64,000 bases of DNA from Macrostomum lignano (Eukaryota), in NCBI GenBank assembly GCA_002269645.1, contig NIVC01001387.1, positions 235,118 to 299,117 on the forward strand, given 5' to 3'. Below, one piece after another: positions 1-18,668 of this stretch (position 1 is the first letter of the stretch; every line of letters starts with the position of its first letter). The translations under genes were made by a program, and so were the position numbers. The notes under the pieces are model-generated. The model was not told the origin of the DNA and did not search any database. It saw only the letters and a program-made list of their open reading frames with translations.

Positions 1-593
1 CAAGGTCACATGATCGTGCTAAAAGTTCTGTGACACCCAGATAGCAAGAAAGTGGGTTGAACAGTGATTAGGTGTTCCATTGTTGGACGGCTAAAGTTGT
101 GCGATTTAGAGTTTTATTTCAGCGATCTCCAACCCAACTAGCTACTCGTACTTTTCAATAAGCGTGTGTTTTCAAACTTTATTTGGTCGTATTAATTTAA
201 AGGTTGCTGGTCAAAATGGCTTAATATTCGGACCATAAGGACATGACAGTTGGTATTGGTATATATATTTAGCAGCAGGTTAAAAGTGGCCACTGGTTGC
301 TGTAAGAAATTTTAATTTAATATTTACATTAACCAGATGAGTAGCCACAGTTAACGGACGCTAAATATTAAATACAGCTGATTATTTTAATTGAATATTT
401 TTAGGTACGTTGTCACAGTAAGTAATTGATCAAAGTCGTCAACATGTTTTATCAAAATTTTGGTGGTCCAGGTAAATAAAATATTGTCAGCCATCTTCTA
501 TAGACATCTATGCGGTCGAGAAAATGTTTTTTAAATCTAGTCACGTGATCTAGCCAGACTGACGAATTTATCGCAGTCAAGCGACCTTGGCAA

Positions 594-7439
<6,846 letters not shown>

Positions 7440-8204
7440 NNNNNNNNNNNNNNNNNNNNNNNNNNNNNNNNNNNNNNNNNNNNNNNNNNNNNNNNNNNNN
7501 NNNNNNNNNNNNNNNNNNNNNNNNNNNNNNNNNNNNNNNNNNNNNNNNNNNNNNNNNNNNNNNNNNNNNNNNNNNNNNNNNNNNNNNNNNNNNNNNNNNN
7601 NNNNNNNNNNNNNNNNNNNNNNNNNNNNNNNNNNNNNNNNNNNNNNNNNNNNNNNNNNNNNNNNNNNNNNNNNNNNNNNNNNNNNNNNNNNNNNNNNNNN
7701 NNNNNNNNNNNNNNNNNNNNNNNNNNNNNNNNNNNNNNNNNNNNNNNNNNNNNNNNNNNNNNNNNNNNNNNNNNNNNNNNNNNNNNNNNNNNNNNNNNNN
7801 NNNNNNNNNNNNNNNNNNNNNNNNNNNNNNNNNNNNNNNNNNNNNNNNNNNNNNNNNNNNNNNNNNNNNNNNNNNNNNNNNNNNNNNNNNNNNNNNNNNN
7901 NNNNNNNNNNNNNNNNNNNNNNNNNNNNNNNNNNNNNNNNNNNNNNNNNNNNNNNNNNNNNNNNNNNNNNNNNNNNNNNNNNNNNNNNNNNNNNNNNNNN
8001 NNNNNNNNNNNNNNNNNNNNNNNNNNNNNNNNNNNNNNNNNNNNNNNNNNNNNNNNNNNNNNNNNNNNNNNNNNNNNNNNNNNNNNNNNNNNNNNNNNNN
8101 NNNNNNNNNNNNNNNNNNNNNNNNNNNNNNNNNNNNNNNNNNNNNNNNNNNNNNNNNNNNNNNNNNNNNNNNNNNNNNNNNNNNNNNNNNNNNNNNNNNN
8201 NNNN
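7440..8204. other. Assembly gap (765 N)
   Basis: Run of N. It truncates a CCDC81 exon on the left and abuts an LTR on the right. Confidence 1.
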
Positions 8205-8205
8205 G

Positions 8206-8454
8206 TGTTCTGTTGTTGAATTAACGAAACGCAGAAACAAGATAGATAATTATCCGGGCGCTCAGTGGCACCAAAGAAGGGGACTGGCCAATAGGAGGGC
8301 GGCTCGTATATTTATGCACGCGGGAAGGAAAGTTCTAGAAAGACCGGGGAAGGAAACTTCTGGAACTATGCGTAAACAAGTCGCGCGTGGAAGTTTCTAG
8401 AAACGCTGTCCCCGAACTACCCCTACGCATCGCATGCCTTTGCAATACACAACA
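8206..8454 (-). repeat. 3' LTR
   Basis: Preceded on the minus strand by the polypurine tract GAAGGAGGGAAGAA. Confidence 0.95.
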
Positions 8455-11400
8455 TTCTTCCCTCCTTCAAGGAGTCCAACAGTCCCCAAGCTTCACTTTA
8501 ATCAGTCCCAGCGGCAGTTCATGAAGCGTATCGGCGGCGGTGCCTGGCTCGCTCAGATCGGCGGGCGCTGCTGTTCTTGCCGGAGGCTCCGCCGCCGGTG
8601 CCGCCGGTGCCGCCGTGCCGGCTCCGGTCGTTGGCGCCGAGTCCACCAGTGGGTCGAACCGCTCTCTCGGCTGCGCCGGGTGCGGTGTTCGGATCAGCCG
8701 CTGCTGGTTCCATCTGGTGCCGTCGCTGAGCTCGACCGCGTGGTGTCCCGCCTGACGGAGCACTTGTAGTGGCCGTGAGAGGCGGGTACCCAGCTTGCCC
8801 TTCTTGGTGGGCCGTCGGATTCTCACCCAATCGCCGGGGTGGAACGTCTCGGGGCGGGCCCTTCGTCTGGCATCGGTGTAGGCCTTGATCCGCTGCTGCC
8901 GCGCCTCTATTTGCTGCCGCAGTGCCTGAGGCGTCGCCTCGGTCGTTGTCATTCCCCCTCCGGGAGACAGCATGGTGATCGCGGTGCGCCACTTCCGACC
9001 CAGCATGAGCTCGGCCGGTGACTTGCCCGTCAGGCTGTGCTTGGAGCTCCGGTAGGCAGACAAGAAGTTGGTCACGGCGTCTTGAAACGGCCTGTTCTCC
9101 GCACCATGGCCGCTCTGATGCTGGCGAGTAGCGACCGATTGAGACGCTCCGTCTGGCCGTTGGTTTGCGGATGGTAGAGGCTGGTCTTGACGTGCCGGAT
9201 GCCCTGCTCGGCCAAGAAGTCCGAGAACTCGCTGCCAAACTGCGGGCCGTTGTCCGTCAGCACCTTCTCGCACAGCCCCCACCTTGCGAACAGGCTGCGC
9301 ATCGCACGGCAGATGGTCTCCGTGGTGATGCTGGCCGTCGGGATGACCTCCGCCACTTGCTGTGCAGGTCGTCACGACGATGAGTGTACCTGCTAGAGGC
9401 CGGCGCCGCCTGCAGTTCTCCGACGATGTCCACGGCGATCTCTGCCCATGGTGAATCTGGCCAGCGTATGGTCTTGAGCGGGCGGACTGACCTTAAAGTT
9501 CTCTCGGCTGTCTCGCACGCTACGCAGTGTCGCACGAAGGTCTCGACCGCCTTGTCCATGGCGGGCCACCAGACTGAGTCGCGGAGCGCCTGCTTCGGCA
9601 CGATGCCCTGGTGCCCTTCGTGAGCCTGCTCGAGAAGATGGCCGCGGAGAGACTCCGGGATGACTGCTCTCTCCTGGAAGGCGAGGCATTTGCCGTTGTT
9701 CCAGACGCTGAGCTGTTCGCGCACCTTCCAGAGAGCCCGCAGCTCAACGTCGTCGATGTCAGCTGGCCACCGGCCGCTGATGACGCTCCTGATGGCTGTC
9801 CCAGTGTCTCGTCAGCCGAGGTCCCTGCGGTAAGTGCTTCCAGTGTGACCGCCTTGACTCTCGGGCCTGGAGTGTCGGGCAGGTGGATCAGGTTCAGCTC
9901 CGATCCGCTGCTCCACCGGGACAGCAGATCGGCCACGTAGTTGCTGTTTCCTGGCAGGTAGCGCACATGGAAGTCGTACTGCAGCAGCCGGTCGCACCAC
10001 CTATGGATCCGCAGTGGCCGGTGTCCCGTGCCGGTCGGTCCGAGAAGTAGCTGCTGCAGCGCCTGATGATCTGTGCGCAGCTCGAAGTGGCGACCGTAGA
10101 GGTAGAAATGCCACTTCTCCATCGCCCAGAGGCTAGCCAGTGCCTCGCGCTCGTTCGCGGCGTAGCGCTGTTCCGTCGTCGTCAGCGCTCGGGCGGCGAA
10201 GGCGACCGGTCGCTCGACGCCGTCCTGGATCTGCGACATCTGGGCTCCGATGGCCTTGGCGCTGGCATCCGTGGTGACAATAGTGTCGGCCTTCGGGTCG
10301 AAGTGGGCGAGCGTCGGTGCCTTGCTGATGGCGTCCTTCACTGCTTCGAACGCCCGTTGGCACTCCGGCGTCCAGTCGAAGTTGGAGTCGGCCTTCAGGA
10401 GCCTTCGAAGCGGCTCTGTGATGTCGGCGTAGTGCGGCACGAAGCGCATCAGGAAGTTAGCGGCGCCTAGGAATGACTTCAACGCCTTCTGATCTCCGGG
10501 CTGCCGGATGTCCCTGATGGCCGCTGTGGCTGACTCCGTTGGCCGGATGCCGGCCTCCGAGATCACGAATCCGAAGAATTCGACCTCTTTCTGCTTGAAG
10601 GCGCACTTCTGCTTGTTCACCGTCATGCCCTTGTCCTCGAGGCGCTGGAGCAACTTCTCCAGTCGTCGATCATGCTCCTCCTCGCTGCGCCCGTACACGA
10701 TGAAGTCATCCAGGATGTGCTCCACTCCGTCGAGGTCGGCGGCCTGATCGTCGAGCATGCGCTGGAAAGCAGCTGGTGCCGATGCCAGGCCGAAGGGAAC
10801 TCGACGATAGCGGAAGAGCCCCTTGTGCGTGATGAAGGCTGTCAGATTGCGGCTCGATTCATGCAGCTGCATCTGCATGTAGCCCGACTTCAGATCAATC
10901 TTGCTGAACACTCGGCCGCGGCCTTTCTTGATCTTCGAGGCAATCTCGTCCAGCTGTGGCATCGGGTGCTTGTCGACGATCAGTGCTTGTTCGGCTCGCG
11001 AACGTCGACGCAGATTCGGATGCTGCCATCCTTCTTCGCCGTCACCACTAGATTGGAGACCCACTCGCTAGCGTTGACTCGCTCGATGATGCCGTCCTTC
11101 TCCATCTTGTCGAGTTCGGCACCGACCTGCTCCTGTCGCATGAGGGGCAGGCGGCGGAGTGGCTGCTGGACGGGTCGCACTGCTGGTCGACCTTGGGCTG
11201 GTGTACAGCGCCGGCGCAGCATCCTATCGCACCGCTGAAGGTCGTTGGGTACCGCGCCTGCAAGTCCGCCGTCAAGTCGCTGACCTCCGCGATTCGCGGC
11301 GGCTGCCCGCTAAGGTCGACTCGGAAGCCCAGCTTCTCCATCAGGTCTCTACCGACGATGTTGTCGCCGCCTGGCGCAACGAAGAACCGGTGCTGCATCG

Positions 11401-12474
11401 CCTTGTCGCCGTAGCGCACCTCCAGCTCGGTGACACCACTTAGCTGGATCGGCAGTCCGCCGTAGGCACGCAGCTTCGTCGTGTGGGAGAGGTGACTGCG
11501 CCTGAGATCCGGTCGGCGGTCTGTCGGGACAGCAGCGACACCCTTGCGCCGCAGTCCACCATCAGGCTGACAGCGGTCCTGTCCGGTCCGAGTTCCAGCG
11601 TCGCCCGGACCTCCCTGTCGCCACCCGGCACTGCGTAGACTGTGATCACCTCGTCCGCGGCATTGACAGCAGCCTGCTGGCTGCGACAGCAACTCCGGAA
11701 GTGGTTCTTCTTGCCACAAGCGTCGCATGTCTTGCCCTTGGCCGGACAGGGGGTCGTCGGTCCGTGGTCTCGCCCACAGCGCGTGCAGGCGCCGCCGGGT
11801 TTGGCCGTCCTGCCAGCTGGTGCTGGGCGGTGCCTCCCTTTGCAGCGACCTTCTGGCCCCTCGGCTGTCGGATCGATTGGACGGCTGCCGTGCTCGAGGT
11901 TGATGGCGCCATCGCCTTGGCTTCTTTGGAGGCTTCCTCGATGGAGACCGCGATGCTGAGCGCTTTCGCCAGGTTGAGGTCCTCCACCTTCTCCGTCAGC
12001 AGCCTCTCTCGGATTCTGGGGTTACTGGTCTTCTCAGCCAGCTGGTCTCTGATGAGATCGTCCTGTATCGCGCCGTAGTTGCACAGCTCCGTCAGCTCCC
12101 TCAGGGCTGCCACGAAGGTCTTGACGTCCTCGCCGGGTAGCTGCTGGCGCTGGCGGAAGCGATATCTGGCTACCATCACGTTGGGCTTCTCGCCGAAGAT
12201 CTTCTCGAGCTCCGCCTTAGTTGCTGCGAACGTGTCGTTCTCCTTGATTGCTTGGCGTGCTCGAGCAACCCGCTGACCTTCGAATCCAAGCAGATGGAGC
12301 AGAAGGCTCCTCTTCAGCGGTTTCGCCTCTTCCTTCCCTTCGGGCTCCTTGAATTGGGCCGCCTCGTAATAAAATTCAAAGGCCTCAATCCATCGGCTCC
12401 ATGGTACTGTCGGTGATCCGCAGTTCGCCAGGAAGGGCGTGGGTGCAGGGATGCTATCCCATCCTCGTCGCCAA

Positions 12475-12723
12475 TGTTCTGTTGTTGAATTAACGAACGC
12501 AGAAACAAGATAGATAATTATCCGGGCGCTCAGTGGCACCAAAGAAGGGGACTGGCCAATAGGAGGGCGGCTCGTATATTTATGCACGCGGGGAAGGAAA
12601 GTTCTAGAAAGACCGGGGAAGGAAACTTCTGGAACTATGCGTAAACAAGTCCGCGGTGGAAGTTTCTAGAAACGCTGTCCCCGAACTACCCCTACGCCTC
12701 GCATGCCTTTGCAATACACAACA
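12475..12723 (-). repeat. 5' LTR
   Basis: Near-identical to 8206-8454. On the minus strand it is followed by the PBS TGGCGACGAGGATGGGAT. Confidence 0.95.
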
Positions 12724-13244
12724 CTATGGATTTCTGTAACTGTGGGATTTCTGTAGCTATGGGATTTCTGTAGCTATGGGATTTCTAATTGGGAAATTCG
12801 CATGAAGGAAGGTAGTATTTTGTGTTTAATATCCGTAGAAATTTTCGATCAAACAACGGCTCATTTTGCAGGCAGCCATATGAAAAACTAGCAATTGCAA
12901 TATCATTACAATTTACTTACTCCTTAATTGCTTGAAGCTGAAACCTCAATCAAGGTTTGATTGAGGAGTGGCAGTGGCACGGGGGTCTGACGCAGAAAGG
13001 CCAATTAAGTAAATTGAATGCAAAATCGGCAGTGCAGTCTGCATCAATTTTTGGAATGGGATATTTATGGGAGAGCCTTCTGACAGCTCTAGATGCTTCA
13101 GTTAGCCATCACTGTGCTTCAGTATTGTGCAAAATACCCTCTGCTTATTATTTATAGCTTTCAGATTTCCTGATTGAGGACTTACAATTGTCCAGTTTGA
13201 TTGTAGAATCCAACTGTTCTCTGTGGGATCTTATTGTCATTTGT

Positions 13245-13680
13245 GAGGTTCGTGTAGGATCTCACAATCCTATGAGAGATTAATTTGGGATCTCAAAATC
13301 CTATGAGAGATTTGTGTAGGATCTCACAATCCTATGAGAGATTCGTGTGGGATCTCAAAATCCTATGAGAGATTCGTGTGGGATCTCAAAATCCTATGAG
13401 AGATTTGTGTAGGATCTCACAATCCTATGAGAGATTCGTGTGGGATCTCAAAATCCTATGAGAGATTTGTGTAGGATCTCACAATCCTATGAGAGATTCG
13501 TGTGGGATCTCAAAATCCTATGAGAGATTTGTGTAGGATCTCAAAATTCTATGAGAGATTCGTGTGGGATCTCACAATTCTATGAGAGATTCGTGTGGGA
13601 TCTCACAATCCTATGAGAGATCATTGTGGGATCTCAAAATCTATCAGAGATTCGTGTGGGATCTCACAATCTTACGAGAG
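13245..13680. repeat. 31-bp minisatellite GGGATCTCA(A/C)AATCCTATGAGAGATTCGTGT
   Basis: GATCTC recurs at 13320, 13351 and 13382. Confidence 0.93.
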
Positions 13681-14029
13681 GTTCATGTGGAGTTTCTTGG
13701 TTCTTTTTAGAGAGAGCCATGTGTGATCTCGGTGTGATACAAGATTTTCGGTTGGAATGTCTTAAAATATGTCCTTGGCTAAATTCTCATTGCTCTCCAC
13801 GTGTGATCTACATTTAGTTTTAGAATGGAGAAAATTCAAATACAATTGTAATTTGCATGAAAGCGAGATTAGCCCGAAGAAACGGTCTTAGGGTATCTTT
13901 AGGGCAGTGGGTTGCTAGCTGATTCCGAGCGGAAAAGTCTTGCTCAAAGGCTGTGTCAAAAAACTGCGCTCATAGTTTTTGTTCCTCTAATAGTATTAGA
14001 AGTCTAATAGTCTAATCTCCTTCTCAGGC

Positions 14030-14810
14030 TCCTTCTCATGCTCCTTCTCAGGCTCCTTCTCATGCTCCTTCTCAGGCTCCTTCTCATGCTCCTTCTCATG
14101 CTCCTTCTCATGCTCCTTCTCATGCTCCTTCTCAGGCTCCTTCTCAGGCTCCTTCCCAGGCTCCTTCTCAGGTTCCTTCTCAGGCTCCTTCTCAGGCTCC
14201 TTCTCAGGCTCCTTCTCAGGCTCCTTCTCAGGTTCCTTTTCAGGCTCCTTCTCATGCTCCTTCTCATGCTCCTTCTCAGGCTCCTTCCCAGGCTCCTTCC
14301 CAGGCTCCTTCTCAGGTTCCTTCTCAGGCTCCTTCTCAGGCTCCTTCTCAGGCTCCTTCTCAGGCTCCTTCTCAGGCTCCTTCTCAGGCTCCTTCTCAGG
14401 CTCCTTCTCAGGCTCCTTCTCAGGCTCCTTCTCAGGCTCCTTCTCAGGCTCCTTCTCAGGCTCCTTCTCATGCTCCTTCTCATGCTCCTTCTCATGCTCC
14501 TTCTCATGCTCCTTCTCATGCTCCTTCTCATGCTCCTTCTCATGCTCCTTTTCAGGTTCCTTTTCAGGCTCCTTCTCATGCTCTTTCTCATCATTCTCAG
14601 GCTACTTCTCATGCTCCTTCTCATGCTCCTTCTCAGGCTCCTTCTCATGCTCCTTCTCATGCTCCTTCTCATGCTCCTTCTCATGCTCCTTCTCATGCTC
14701 CTTTTCAGGTTCCTTTTCAGGTTCCTTTTCAGGCTCCTTCTCATGCTCTTTCTCATCATTCTCAGGCTACTTCTCATGCTTTTTCTCATCATTTTCAGGC
14801 TACTTTTAAC
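14030..14810. repeat. 12-bp minisatellite CTCCTTCTCA(G/T)G
   Basis: Directly visible. It produces the RRSL/LLLR ORFs. Confidence 0.95.
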
Positions 14811-15365
14811 TCCAGGCACGGTGTATGTAAATGTATGTAGAGTCTAAAAGTGCCAAAAGTCTTCTAAGTCAAAGAGACCACAGACTCAGTTCGTACTCGA
14901 TCAAATATCAAGTGCGATATTGATTTCAGATTAAAGTGCAAATTCGATCAATTCTCAATTTCACGAATTCGTCTGGATTGGGGTTTCTAAAAATACGGTA
15001 GGGTCAGTTAAACTCAATTTATGCTGCCTGTGCATAATTCAGCTCTTTAACAGCACCCTAAATCGGTGTGAAGGTTTTCTCAACCAAGGACATAGTTAGC
15101 TATGAGCTTATTTTGTAGACTGGAAACTTTTTGTCGCTCTGTACATCCAGCCATTCGGTTTTATGCGTATTTGATGGACGCAGCTAGACGCATTGATATA
15201 CTCGTAGATAAGACAGCCAAGCAGACACCCACTAAATCTAAATCCTATGGGAATTAAATGGAATGAGAACGCGTCCAAAGCTTCGTGACTTCAAAACTTC
15301 GGAGAAAGAATGGGGATCTTACGTCAGTCTTCGAAGCCTCTATGAGGCTCTTCCATCGGATTCAC

Positions 15366-17219
15366 CTGGCTCAATATGCACTCCAGCATTCTCAATACCG
15401 GGATAGAGGTTCGCCTCGTGTAGCAGCAGGCGCAGCCCGTAGGCCTGGTCGAACACGTCCATCACGAAGGCCTGCTCCCAGGGGTGCTGTCGCGAGTTCG
15501 AACCCAGATTCACAATGAGATACACAGCCGACATTGCTTGCGACTTGTCCGCCTGCGTCGGCTTAACCGTGTAGCAGTTGAAGTACTTCGGGTGCGAGAC
15601 CAGCTGAAAGGTTAGTTGGCATTCGCTGGCTTTGCCAACCATCACATAGTTGCCGATGGCGATCATGCAGTGAAGGAGGAACTCGTCCACACTGTGACCC
15701 ATGGACACGGTCACGTTTGGGTCCAGATTCTGATAATAGGTGTTCACCTGCGAAAATGAAAAAATATATAAAATATACTCCAGCTAAGCTCTATTTATTT
15801 AAAATATGCATTACGAAGGCATATTGCTGTCTGGGGTTACACCAGGTCATGCAGTGTCTTTTTAGAGCTTTCCGACACAAATAATAAATAAAGGTAGTGC
15901 TGATTGTTTCAATTAAAGAAAAGGTTTTGCTGGTGGTTGAAAACTGAGACAAGACAAGTAGTTTCCTGGGTAGCAGTTGCCTCAGGGGGGGGGGGGGTCG
16001 GGGCTCCAGTTGGCTCTACAATTGAGAGGCATCCATGCAGTCTAGAATCTCTTCTTTAAGCATAAAAAAGTGGTAGCGTCGAAAACTCATCAATTCACAA
16101 GATAAAACAGAGATTTTAGCCGATAAATTTGTTAATTCTACAGATGCGTTCTACTGTGTACAAAACTGTCTCGGTTGTATTGTAACACAACTATATCTGT
16201 ATGTCCGCAGACAGTCCGAGCTCTTGCCAAAATGCTCTCGATCTCTCTCTATCCTCTATAAACACTCGCCCTCATGCCGAAAATGTTTGATTGGTAGCTT
16301 TTTTAAACTAAAACTTTTTTCTCGCCTTATGGTAAGTCCTATTGTCATTCTGCAATAGCTATCGAGAACAAACACTTCTTTAAACACTACCAATCGTTGT
16401 GAAGCAGTCACAGAACATTGAAAAACACTACCAATCGTTGTGAAGCAGTCACAGAACATTGAAAAACACTACCAATCGTTGTGAAGCAGTCACAGAACAT
16501 TGAAAAACACTACCAATCGTTGTGAAGCAGTCACAGAACATTGAAAAACACTACCAATCGTTGTGAAGCAGTCACAGAACATTGAAAAACACTACCAATC
16601 GTTCCGAAAAAGTCATATCTGAGCGTAAAATCTGCGACAGGCCACCCTTCATCCAAAACCGAACCTTATCATAAAACAGCAGCGTGTTGGCCAGTCGCAG
16701 GTTGCCGCTGAACAACAACTGTCTGGTCAGTTGTCTCAACCGCCGGTTGAAAGTCGCTGGTGCCAGTTGTCCATCGCACTGCTGCCACATTCTAGCCGCC
16801 CTAGGCGAGAACGGATAATGACTGCAGATTGTGATGGCGGGAAAGTCGCTGGGATCATTGCCTATGACTGACGTCTGCACTGACACGTCGTACTCTCGAT
16901 AGTTCATCAGCACCCTAGTGGACGAGTACACTAACAGGATGAACATGGCCAGGACAAAGACTAGCCAGAGTATTCGAAGGAAAGTTGTGTCAGCTCGACA
17001 GATCTTTGGCACACCGCGCAGGCTGCTGCTGCTGCAGAACAGCTGCCGAATGTTGGCAGAAGGCTGAGGCACTGGCTTGGCCGGCAAGGATGAGTCGGCA
17101 TTGAGGCGCGTCAGCTCGGGAACGCTGTTGTTTTTTGCCGATTCTTCAGAGCGCATGCTTTCGGGCAGAATCTTAATAGGCGGCGTGCTTTGATGAATCT
17201 GACAGCTGAGTTGCAGCAT
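15366..17219 (-). CDS. DEG/ENaC (ASIC/FaNaC-like amiloride-sensitive sodium channel) subunit, first two exons only
   Basis: Exon 1 is 16665-17219 (ATG; pre-TM1 SLRGVPKI, TM1 LWLVFVLAMFILLVYS, post-TM1 FPAITIC). Exon 2 is 15366-15747 (HSVDEFLLHC, HPKYFNCYT, GLRLLLHE, IEPG|GT). The phases fit. No downstream exons were found before the LTR and gap. Confidence 0.88.
16382..16603. repeat. 41-bp tandem repeat in ENaC intron 1
   Basis: About 5 copies of AAAACACTACCAATCGTTGTGAAGCAGTCACAGAACATTGA. Confidence 0.95.
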
Positions 17220-18668
17220 CGATAGTTGGGAACCTATATGTAGCTATATATTTGGATAATTCCCGACCAATTGGAATTCAGGGCTGATTACTCGTGGCTG
17301 GATTCGTCTGTGCAGCCTTGGGTAGGATTATTCATTTAGATTCTCATCTGGTATCGCGTTTATTTATGAAAAGAAACAGAGTCATGCAATTAATCCTTCA
17401 AATCTCAGGAATGCAATTCTAAAGACATGTCTATATGAAAAAGCAAAAGCCAAAATTTGAGATAGGCATGAAGTAATAAAGCTTTCAGATAAGAGCCAGT
17501 ATACGATAAATGGAGCTTGTGTCATTTAGTTAGTGTCTGGATTTCGTGGGTGCAAATTATTCGATTCCCCGATATCTAGTAGGTTCCTCCGCTTCATTCG
17601 AGTATCATTGAGCACTGCAAGCGAATCTCATTGGGACAATTTATGACATTCTCTTGGGTTTTATTAACAGCATATAGTATCCATATAAAATGATCATTAA
17701 TATGTAATAAATATGAGCATGGGCTACTAATGCCATTGCCCACTGAGACACGGGTTTGCGGATATTCCGGCCAAGCACGCATCTTTGAATATGATATGAT
17801 ACACTGTAGTGCAAATTAATTAATACGATCAAATAACCCGCATAGAAAATAATAGGTCACGATGCAGGGTCTGCACGGAAAAAGTACAACTATTTTATGT
17901 GTCATTTTATTCATTTCATTTGAATTTTACGTAGCTACATATATTTGCAGCGAGAGTTCCAATCAAGCAAGAAATGACCATCATTATGAAGATAATGAGG
18001 ATAATGAATGAATGAAGATTATGAAGATATAAATGAAGATAATGAAGATAATAATGAATTCAAGCAAGAAATAATAATGTTTTACTTGTACAGCTAAGAT
18101 CGAAGCTCGAGTACGCATACATATAATTGTACCAGAATTAATATTTTGCATTACACGTAGAAAATCGTTGTTAGCGCGATAATTTTAACACTAAATGACC
18201 GAGTTTAAAGAATAAAATGTATGAAGCTTGTACGCAAGTACATGTAATTTATCTACGATTTCATGCCTTCTGACTAATTAAGTGCACATGTTTATATATT
18301 CATGTACAAAATTGGCAAGAGAAACGCATTGTTGTGCATTGGTCTAATGTATAAACTGCAATAGTATTATATCGACTATAGCATACTAAATTGACAAGTA
18401 AACAAAGAAAAGTTTTATAACCATAAAATGATTATTATAGGTTTTTATTATGTATCTTTACAAAATAATATATGCTACTGCAAACTGAAGAATATATTTT
18501 AAATGTCCTGTCGGCAGGAAATCGTTATTTTTGTTTTACTTTTAAATCGCTAGTGGAAACGAAAGCAGATTGGATTTGAGTTCCTAGCGCAAAATGATTT
18601 ATTGTAAAAAAACTGGAGTAACAGTAACCCAAGTTAGATTTTATTCCTGAGTTAATATGACTATCTAA

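Larger units (their letters stand above)
8206..12723 (-). mobile_element. Full-length Ty3/Gypsy (Metaviridae, probably Mag-like) LTR retrotransposon
   Basis: Two 249-bp TG...CA LTRs (8206-8454, 12475-12723), PBS 12456-12473 and PPT 8455-8470. Gag has two CCHC knuckles (CTRCGRDHGPTTPC, CDACGKKNHFRSCC). Pol has protease (VDCGA), RT (DLKSGYMQ, FGLASAP, ILDD), RNase H (TDAS, TDHQAL, ADLLSR) and integrase (GHQG..CVAC, TDNGPQF, NGQTER) in Gypsy order, split over several reading frames. Confidence 0.96.
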
